Shown in pieces: positions 57,454-64,000 of a DNA stretch of 64,000 bases. The translations under genes were made by a program, and so were the position numbers. How positions within the stretch are numbered: the first letter of the stretch is position 1; each line of letters starts with the position of its first letter. A model generated the notes under the pieces. It saw nothing but the letters and a program-made list of their open reading frames with translations. It did no database searches and was not told the origin of the DNA. Source of the DNA: an archaeon. GTDB lineage: Archaea > Iainarchaeota > Iainarchaeia > Iainarchaeales > JAAZKV01. The DNA lies in the NCBI GenBank assembly GCA_041661245.1, contig JBAZUY010000001.1, forward strand, positions 64,491 to 128,490, in the 5' to 3' direction.

Positions 57454-58731
57454 TCAAAACTTGAATTTTGATCCAGGAAAATCAAAAGTAGCGAAATAAT
57501 CCTTTGTATTCTCAGCCCTTCGGATTAGTTCCACTTTGCCATTCTCTCGCAATAATAATTCAGCACTTCTTAATTTTCCGTTATAATTGAAACCCATCGC
57601 ATACCCATGCGCTCCAGCATTATGAATTGCAATTAAATCCCCTACTTCAATTTTTGGAAGCATTCGATCAATTGCAAACTTATCATTATTCTCGCAAAGA
57701 GAACCAACAAGATCATATTTTTCTGTCCGAGGGGCATTTTCTTTTCCAAGAACTGTAATGTGATGGTATGAACCATAAAGAGCAGGCCTCATTAAATTTG
57801 CCATACACGCATCTACTCCAATATATTCTTTGTAAATATGCTTCTCATGAATTGCGCGAGTGATTAAAAAATCAAAGGGGCCTGTAACCATTCGGCCATT
57901 TTCCATTACTACTTTTAGAGGAGCTAATTTATTTTTCACGATTTTTTCTTCATACATTTTTTTTATTCCATTTGAGACATACTCCAAATCAACTGCTTTT
58001 TGTTCGGGTTTGTAAGGAATTCCAATTCCCCCTCCCAAATTGATAAAATCAAACTTTATTCCAACTTTGTTTGAAATTTCAACTACTAAATCAAATAACA
58101 TTTCAGCAGTTTGAATGAAAGCATCAGATCTTAATTCATTTGAGGCAAGCATTGTATGCAACCCAAATCTCTTTACTCCTTTTTGTTTTGCTATTTTATA
58201 TGCTTCAAATAATTGTTCTCTTGTCAAACCATATTTTGCATCCTGGGGACTACCAATAACATTTCCTTCAGCTGTTGCCCTTAATGGACCGGGATTATAT
58301 CTAAAACAAATAAGCTCAGGAAGTTTACCCCCCAATGCATTTTCCAAATACTCAATATGAGTAATATCGTCAAGATTAATTATTGCACCAAGCATAAACG
58401 CTTTAACAAATTCATCTGCAGGAGTATTATTTGAAGTGAACATTATTTGTTCCCCTTTAAATCCAAGTTTTTCTGCAATCAAAAGTTCAGGAAGAGAACT
58501 GCAATCCACGCCCATCCCTTCTTCTTTTAAAATTGAAATCAAAGTTGGGTTAGGACAAGCCTTAACTGCAAAATAATTCTTAAAACCAGTAATCCAGGAA
58601 AATGAGTTGTATAAATTTTGGGCATTATTTCTAATTCCTTTCTCGCCATATAAGTGAAACGGGGTTGGATAAGTTTTGATTATTTCTTCAATTTGAGATT
58701 TTGTAAAAAATAAATCATTATCATTATTCAT
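57454..58731 (-). CDS. lysA: Diaminopimelate decarboxylase
   Basis: TPFHLYGEKGIRNNAQN, YFAVKACPNP, INLGGGIGIPY, ENGRMVTGP, GSLCENNDKFA. Confidence 0.9.
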   Translation of the reverse strand: MNNDNDLFFTKSQIEEIIKTYPTPFHLYGEKGIRNNAQNLYNSFSWITGFKNYFAVKACPNPTLISILKEEGMGVDCSSLPELLIAEKLGFKGEQIMFTSNNTPADEFVKAFMLGAIINLDDITHIEYLENALGGKLPELICFRYNPGPLRATAEGNVIGSPQDAKYGLTREQLFEAYKIAKQKGVKRFGLHTMLASNELRSDAFIQTAEMLFDLVVEISNKVGIKFDFINLGGGIGIPYKPEQKAVDLEYVSNGIKKMYEEKIVKNKLAPLKVVMENGRMVTGPFDFLITRAIHEKHIYKEYIGVDACMANLMRPALYGSYHHITVLGKENAPRTEKYDLVGSLCENNDKFAIDRMLPKIEVGDLIAIHNAGAHGYAMGFNYNGKLRSAELLLRENGKVELIRRAENTKDYFATFDFPGSKFKF

Positions 58732-58793
58732 TCAATCAACTCTTTTTTCTAAACTTTTTTTAATAGAATGTCTGTCCAACATATTGAGTGCCG

Positions 58794-60032
58794 CTAAAGC
58801 TTTAAATTATTTTTAATACTTTCAACTGCTTTAATCACATTCTCTCTATGCCCAAAAGCACTTACTCTAAAATATCCTTCCCCGCTTGGACCAAATCCTG
58901 AACCGGGAGTAATTACAACATGCGCTTCAGTTAACATTTTGTCAAACAAATCCCAGGATTTCATTCCATTTGGAGTTTTTACCCACAAGTAAGGAGCATT
59001 AACTCCCCCGGAGACAACTTTGAGTCCTTTTTCTTCAAGACCTTTTTTTATTATTCTTGAGTTTTCCATATAGTACTCAATAATTTCTTTGCACTCTTTT
59101 AGTCCTTCTTTACTTAGAGCCGCTACTCCCCCATCTTGAACAATATTACTTGCTCCATTAAACATAGTTGTTTGCCTTCTATTCCACATTGAATTTAATT
59201 TTCCAATACTAGCATCCTCACACACACAATTCTTTGGAACAATACTCCAACCCAATCTTACCCCAGTAAAACCAGCTGATTTAGAGAAACTATTAATTTC
59301 AATCGCACACTCTTTTGCGCCAGGAATTACATAAATTGTTTTTGGTAAAGTTGAATCAGAAATAAACTCATTATAAGCCGCATCAAAAATTATTACTGAT
59401 TTATTTTTAATTGCATAATCCACAAATTCTTTTAACTGCTCTCTTGTTGCAACAGCCCCAGTTGGATTATTTGGACTGCAAATATAAATTAAATCAACTT
59501 TTTCTGTTGGAAGAGATGGAAAGAAATTATTTTCCAAATTGCACCCCATGTAAACTAATCCATCATAAGTAACCCCTGTATTTTTTCCTGTTCTGCCTGC
59601 AATTACATTAGTATCAACGTATACTGGATATGCGGGGTCTTGAACTGCAACTTTACATTCATTTGAAAAAATTGACTGAATGTTTGCAACATCACACTTT
59701 GCACCATCACTCACAAAAACTTCATCAGGAAGAATTTCTGCACCCAAATCTTTGTAATAACTTACAATTGCTTCTCGAAGATTCTTATTTCCTTGTTCAT
59801 CCCCATAACCAGTATAAGTTTTAACGTTTGAAAGTTTGTCAACGGAAGCGTGAAGCCCTTTAATTATTTCACTTGGCAAAGCTTCAGTTGTATTTCCTAC
59901 CCCTAGTCTTAAAATTTCAATACCTGGATTCTTTTCTGAATAAACTTTTACTCTCCTTGAAATCTCTGGAAATAAATACCCTGCAGAAAGTTTATCATAA
60001 TTAGAATTTATTTTTGCCATATAACTCACCAC
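58794..60032 (-). CDS. dapL: LL-diaminopimelate aminotransferase
   Basis: LRLGVGNTTEALP-like (ILRLGVGNTTEALPSEI), DPAYPVYVDTNVIAGRTG, CSPNNPTGAVAT, SFSKSAGFTGVRLGWSI. Confidence 0.95.
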   Translation of the reverse strand: MVSYMAKINSNYDKLSAGYLFPEISRRVKVYSEKNPGIEILRLGVGNTTEALPSEIIKGLHASVDKLSNVKTYTGYGDEQGNKNLREAIVSYYKDLGAEILPDEVFVSDGAKCDVANIQSIFSNECKVAVQDPAYPVYVDTNVIAGRTGKNTGVTYDGLVYMGCNLENNFFPSLPTEKVDLIYICSPNNPTGAVATREQLKEFVDYAIKNKSVIIFDAAYNEFISDSTLPKTIYVIPGAKECAIEINSFSKSAGFTGVRLGWSIVPKNCVCEDASIGKLNSMWNRRQTTMFNGASNIVQDGGVAALSKEGLKECKEIIEYYMENSRIIKKGLEEKGLKVVSGGVNAPYLWVKTPNGMKSWDLFDKMLTEAHVVITPGSGFGPSGEGYFRVSAFGHRENVIKAVESIKNNLKL

Positions 60033-60051
60033 ATCTTCTAATAAATAACGC

Positions 60052-60942
60052 TTATAAAAATCCCATTTCTTTCATTAATTGTTCAACTTTTTTTCGGTTC
60101 TCTGGCCTAAGTTCGCAAATAGGTAAACGATAAATCTCTTTGCACATCCCTTTCATCACAGCCATTGCTTTAATTGGAATTGGATTAGTTTCAATAAAAG
60201 CCATTTTGAAAAACGGCATTAACTTTTCATTCAACTTTTCAGCCAAAGAATAATTTCCTTTTAGGGCCACGGAAGTTAATTCTACTACCTCTTTTGGGAT
60301 AACATTACTTACAACACTAATAATTCCATCTCCGCCTGCTTTGATTACATCAAGAGTAAGCGCATCATCCCCACTAAGTACACAAAAATAATCTGGTTTT
60401 TTTGCAATTACATCCTTGATTTGATTTAAGTCCCCACTTGCTTCTTTCACTGCAACAATATTTGGGCAATCCTTAATCAAACATAATAAAGTATCTGTTT
60501 CTAAATTTACCCCACATCTGCTTTTAATGTTGTAAAGTATTATTGGAAGTCTTGTTGATTCAGCAATTTTTTTGAAGTGACGATACATTCCTTCCTGAGT
60601 TGGTTTGTTGTAGTAAGGGAGAACTTGTAAAATTGCATCCGCCCCAAAATTTTGAGCATGAATAGTCATTTGAACAGCTTCATAATTTGAATTACTCCCA
60701 GTGCCTGCAATAACTGGAACTCTTTTGTTTACTTTTCTCACAGTGAAATCAATCACCGTGTCACTTTCTTCAGGACTAAGCGTTGGAGATTCCCCAGTTG
60801 TTCCGCAAACAACAATCCCTTGCACTCCAGAAGCAATTTGAAATTCAATTAAATTCCCAAGGGCAGTATAATCAATAAGATCATATTCATCAAACGGAGT
60901 AATAATTGCAGTATAAACTCCGCGAAATAATTTTTCAACCAT
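60052..60942 (-). CDS. dapA: 4-hydroxy-tetrahydrodipicolinate synthase
   Basis: GVYTAIITPF, GIVVCGTTGESPTLSPEE, LQVLPYYNKPTQEG, YNIKSRCGVN, VKEASGDLNQ. Confidence 0.96.
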   Translation of the reverse strand: MVEKLFRGVYTAIITPFDEYDLIDYTALGNLIEFQIASGVQGIVVCGTTGESPTLSPEESDTVIDFTVRKVNKRVPVIAGTGSNSNYEAVQMTIHAQNFGADAILQVLPYYNKPTQEGMYRHFKKIAESTRLPIILYNIKSRCGVNLETDTLLCLIKDCPNIVAVKEASGDLNQIKDVIAKKPDYFCVLSGDDALTLDVIKAGGDGIISVVSNVIPKEVVELTSVALKGNYSLAEKLNEKLMPFFKMAFIETNPIPIKAMAVMKGMCKEIYRLPICELRPENRKKVEQLMKEMGFL

Positions 60943-60953
60943 ATTTTACCACT

Positions 60954-61709
60954 TCAATTTTTTATTATTGTTTTCATTAAATCATCAATATTATAAAATC
61001 CTTTTTTTCCATTAATGAACTCTGCCGCAAGTACAGAACCAAATGCAAATCCTTCTCTCCCTCTTGCAATGTGTTTTAGTTCAATTGTATCTACTGGGCA
61101 ATCAAATAAAACAGTGTGAGTTCCTGGAATGCTTCCGCACCTAACACTCGCAACATGTAGTTCTTCCGGATCGGGTTTTCTTTCAGCAAATCTATCTCCA
61201 ACAATTTTCTTTTTCCGAGTCATATTATCTAAAATTATTTTCCCAATTATCTGAGCACTTCCCCCAGGAGAATCTTTTTTCTGATTATGGTGAATCTCAT
61301 AAACTGCAGCATCATACTCAGGAATATTATTCATTACTTTGGCAGTCTCTGCAACTGCGTGGAAAAAAACATTCATCCCAATACTAAAATTTCCACTCCA
61401 AATACAACCAAGTCCATTTGTAATAGATTTCATTTCATTCATCTTATCGTACCACCCAGTAGTACCGACAACTAAGTTCTTGCCAAGTGAAGAAACTTTT
61501 TTTACATTCTCAAAAATAACTGCAGGCGCAGTGAAATCAATACAAACATCCACTCCTGCAAGACTTTGCGCATTAATTTCTTTAAAATCAGAGTCCTGCA
61601 CAACAGGATCAATTTTTACTATGCTATGTCCTCTTGCAAGTGCAACTACTTCCACAGCCTTCCCCATTTTTCCATAACCAATTAAAGCGATTTTCAAAAA
61701 CAACACCAA
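60954..61709 (-). CDS. dapB: 4-hydroxy-tetrahydrodipicolinate reductase
   Basis: IALIGYGKMGKAVE, LVVGTTGWYD, SGNFSIGMNVFF, EIHHNQKKDSPGGSA. Confidence 0.96.
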   Translation of the reverse strand: MVLFLKIALIGYGKMGKAVEVVALARGHSIVKIDPVVQDSDFKEINAQSLAGVDVCIDFTAPAVIFENVKKVSSLGKNLVVGTTGWYDKMNEMKSITNGLGCIWSGNFSIGMNVFFHAVAETAKVMNNIPEYDAAVYEIHHNQKKDSPGGSAQIIGKIILDNMTRKKKIVGDRFAERKPDPEELHVASVRCGSIPGTHTVLFDCPVDTIELKHIARGREGFAFGSVLAAEFINGKKGFYNIDDLMKTIIKN

Positions 61710-61761
61710 TAAAGAATACGTAGTCTATGCCACAATTAGTTTATATAATGGGAGCATTTAC

Positions 61762-61774
61762 TACGATATTCGTA
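61762..61774. promoter_or_regulatory. Candidate palindromic operator upstream of dapB promoter
   Basis: TACGA-TAT-TCGTA, about 17 nt upstream (minus sense) of a TATATAA box facing dapB. Confidence 0.45.
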
Positions 61775-61801
61775 ATAGTTCTTTCTTTTTTACTCAAACA
61801 A

Positions 61802-62272
61802 TTAATCTTCTTTTAGAACAGGAAATGTTTCTGTTTGAATAACTCCGTCAATTGATCTAATTAATTCGAGAATTTGATTTAATTTATTAAAATCCTCTGC
61901 TTGAACAAAAGCAATTATTGAAAATCTTCCCGTAACTTCAAATACTCTCGAAGCACCGAGTTTAATTATTCGTTCAGAAATCTTTTGAGTAGGAACACTA
62001 GAGGAAGTAGTTATTTCAATTACTGCATTCGTAGCAGACCCTAAATCAATTGTAAATCTTCTAATTATTCTTTTTTCAATCAGTTTTGCAACTCTTTGTC
62101 TAATAGTACCTTCAGAAACACCTAACTCTTTTGCTATTGAAAGAAAAGGAGTTCTTGAATCACTTGAAAGCTTTTGAATAATAGCCCTATCAACTGAATC
62201 CATACTTTCTTTAGCCATCATAAACCTTTTATACCAAAATGCTGTATTTGCATAATGGAAGAAAGAGCACAA
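61802..62272 (-). CDS. Lrp/AsnC-family regulator
   Basis: VDRAIIQKLSSDSRTPFLSIAKELGVSEGTIRQRVAKLIEKRIIRRFTIDLG and C-terminal RAM-like domain. Confidence 0.93.
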   Translation of the reverse strand: MCSFFHYANTAFWYKRFMMAKESMDSVDRAIIQKLSSDSRTPFLSIAKELGVSEGTIRQRVAKLIEKRIIRRFTIDLGSATNAVIEITTSSSVPTQKISERIIKLGASRVFEVTGRFSIIAFVQAEDFNKLNQILELIRSIDGVIQTETFPVLKED

Positions 62273-62437
62273 GGGGCAATTGAATACTTATTGTTAATCG
62301 CGGCAGCAGTAGTTGTTGTAGCAGTAGTAGTTGGAATGATGATTGGGCTATTGACAACAGGCGGAGACCAAGCAACAAATGCAGGAAGCGATTATAATGG
62401 ACAGCTTAATGATTTAAATAAATTAAAAAGACCATAA
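62255..62437 (+). CDS. Small pilin-like protein with class III signal peptide
   Basis: RAQGAIEYLLLIAAAVVVVAVVVGMMIGLL; 60 aa. Confidence 0.8.
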   Translation: MEERAQGAIEYLLLIAAAVVVVAVVVGMMIGLLTTGGDQATNAGSDYNGQLNDLNKLKRP

Positions 62438-62513
62438 ACTAATCCAAACTAATTAAGAAAAGCTAAACGAAAAAACAAATTAAAAAAAATTAACTCTTTT
62501 TAGAATTAATTTT

Positions 62514-64000
62514 TTATTTCTTTTCTTCTTTTGGAACAACTAAATCAATGGACAATTCTTTCAATTGTTTTATAGATACTTCACTTGGAGAGTCATCCAT
62601 TAGTGAAACAGCCGCCTTGTTCTTTGGGAATGCAATTACATCCCTGATACTATCAGATTCATTTAGTAACATTACCATTCTGTCAAGACCAAATGCTAAA
62701 CCACCGTGTGGAGGAGCACCATATTTGAATGCTTCAAGGAAGAAACCAAATTTCTTATTTGCATCTTCATCGCTAAGTCCAATTGCTTTGAATACTCTTG
62801 CTTGAACTTCAGGATTGTGAATTCTTACACTTCCCCCTCCAAGTTCAATTCCATTTAATACTAAATCATAAGCAAGTGCTTTCATCTTTAATGGTTCTGT
62901 TTCCATTAAAGCAATATGTTCTTTTCTTGGAGAAGTAAAAGGATGATGAACAAATGTAACCTTATTATCTTCCTCACTCCATTCAAACATCGGGAAATCT
63001 TTTACCCAAAGCAAATTATAAGTATCTGGTTTAATTAATCCAAGTTGTTTTGCTAATTGAACTCTTAAGAAACCAAGTGCATCATTAACAACTTTTGGTT
63101 TATCGGCAACGATTACAACTAAATCATTTTCTTTAGCTTTAACTCTTTCTTTTAATTTATTCAACAAATCTTCACTGAAATATTTTGCAATTGACCCGTC
63201 AAACTTTCCATTTTGGAATTTCAAGTAAGCCATTCCGTGAGCTTTGTAAATCTTTACAAAATTTTCAGCATCGTTAAGATCCTTTCTTGAGAAAGCAGCC
63301 TGGCCTTCGACATTAATGGCTTTAATTATTCCTTTATTTTCTACAACAGTTTTAAATGCATTAAATTCTCCTTTTGAAAGAATATCAGTTACTTCAACTA
63401 ATTCTAAACCGAATCTTGTATCAGGCCTATCAATACCATACTTTGCAATTGCATCATCATACTGCATTCGAGGAAGTGGAAGTTTAACTTCAATCCCTTT
63501 CATTTCCTTAAAAATTCTCTGAATAAGTTTCTCATTCACATTCATTACATCTTCTTCATCAACAAAACTCATTTCAACATCAATTTGAGTAAACTCAGGT
63601 TGTCTATCTGCCCTTAAATCCTCATCTCTAAAGCATCTTGCAATTTGAAAATATCTATCCATTCCGCCAATCATTAATAATTGTTTAAATAATTGTGGAC
63701 TTTGTGGAAGAGCATAAAAGTTTCCAGGATGAACTCTACTTGGAACCAAATAATCTCTAGCCCCTTCAGGAGTACTTTTTGCAAGAATTGGAGTTTCAAT
63801 TTCTAAAAAATTATTTGCATCAAAAAAATCTCTAATTACTTTTACTAATTTGTGTCTAAAAATCATGTTCTTTTGCAACATTGGATTTCTAAGAGCTAAA
63901 TATCTGTACTTTAACATTAAGTCTTCATTCGTTTCTGTTCGCTGTGTTAAATCAATTGGCAAAGGGGCAGATTTAGTAATTATTTCAACAGTATCTACAT
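62514..64000 (-). CDS. aspS: Aspartyl-tRNA synthetase, bacterial-type, N-terminus truncated by window edge
   Basis: [33 protein letters not shown]-like insertion, [14 protein letters not shown]. Frame stays open past 63962 ([18 protein letters not shown]), so the coding region extends off the window. Confidence 0.97.
   Translation of the reverse strand, partial: VDTVEIITKSAPLPIDLTQRTETNEDLMLKYRYLALRNPMLQKNMIFRHKLVKVIRDFFDANNFLEIETPILAKSTPEGARDYLVPSRVHPGNFYALPQSPQLFKQLLMIGGMDRYFQIARCFRDEDLRADRQPEFTQIDVEMSFVDEEDVMNVNEKLIQRIFKEMKGIEVKLPLPRMQYDDAIAKYGIDRPDTRFGLELVEVTDILSKGEFNAFKTVVENKGIIKAINVEGQAAFSRKDLNDAENFVKIYKAHGMAYLKFQNGKFDGSIAKYFSEDLLNKLKERVKAKENDLVVIVADKPKVVNDALGFLRVQLAKQLGLIKPDTYNLLWVKDFPMFEWSEEDNKVTFVHHPFTSPRKEHIALMETEPLKMKALAYDLVLNGIELGGGSVRIHNPEVQARVFKAIGLSDEDANKKFGFFLEAFKYGAPPHGGLAFGLDRMVMLLNESDSIRDVIAFPKNKAAVSLMDDSPSEVSIKQLKELSIDLVVPKEEKK

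Noticed and set aside
1-64000. Bacterial contamination or chimeric assembly, suggested by LeuRS, AspRS, ScpB and Adk
   Set aside because: TFB, diphthine synthase, archaeal DHQ synthase II/ADH synthase, class III signal peptides and TATA-type promoters occur throughout the same contiguous window. Horizontal acquisition is simpler, though read mapping would be needed to exclude a chimera.

Overview
Compact archaeal chromosomal window, roughly one gene per kb on both strands. It carries a TFIIB-type factor, diphthine synthase, archaeal shikimate-entry enzymes (ADH synthase and DHQ synthase II), class III signal peptide proteins and TATA-like leaderless promoters. I infer a DPANN-like archaeon, but phylogeny was not tested. 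The LeuRS and AspRS look bacterial-type, and both ScpA and ScpB are encoded. I called no mobile element, rRNA or CRISPR array. Two tRNAs are well supported: tRNA-Leu(CAA) and tRNA-Ser(GCT). Leading candidates for something new are: (1) 39.6-44.2 kb, a cluster of two RimK/LysX-like ATP-grasp proteins (one apparently degenerate), a DUF1704/QEGLA (MATCAP/TMCP-like) HExxxH metallopeptidase and an M29-like aminopeptidase with ATGA overlaps, divergent from a retropepsin-like protease. This looks like a ligase/protease system for peptide or protein-tail modification. (2) 45.8-48.8 kb, two unannotated Lys-rich microproteins (24 aa ending GGCCCCQ, and 16 aa), each followed by a hairpin, then a PurD-like ATP-grasp and two SET-domain proteins, one with a eukaryote-like post-SET CxCx4C motif. 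(3) 8.16-8.26 kb, an unannotated 27-31 aa ORF ending YFGYFYFYE whose stop abuts a perfect 8-bp hairpin just upstream of the aromatic pathway genes, a candidate attenuation leader. (4) Two palindromic operator candidates beside promoters (8.33 kb and 61.76 kb), and a tandem terminator-like repeat at 56.8 kb. All functions are inferred from sequence reading and recalled family motifs; no searches were run.
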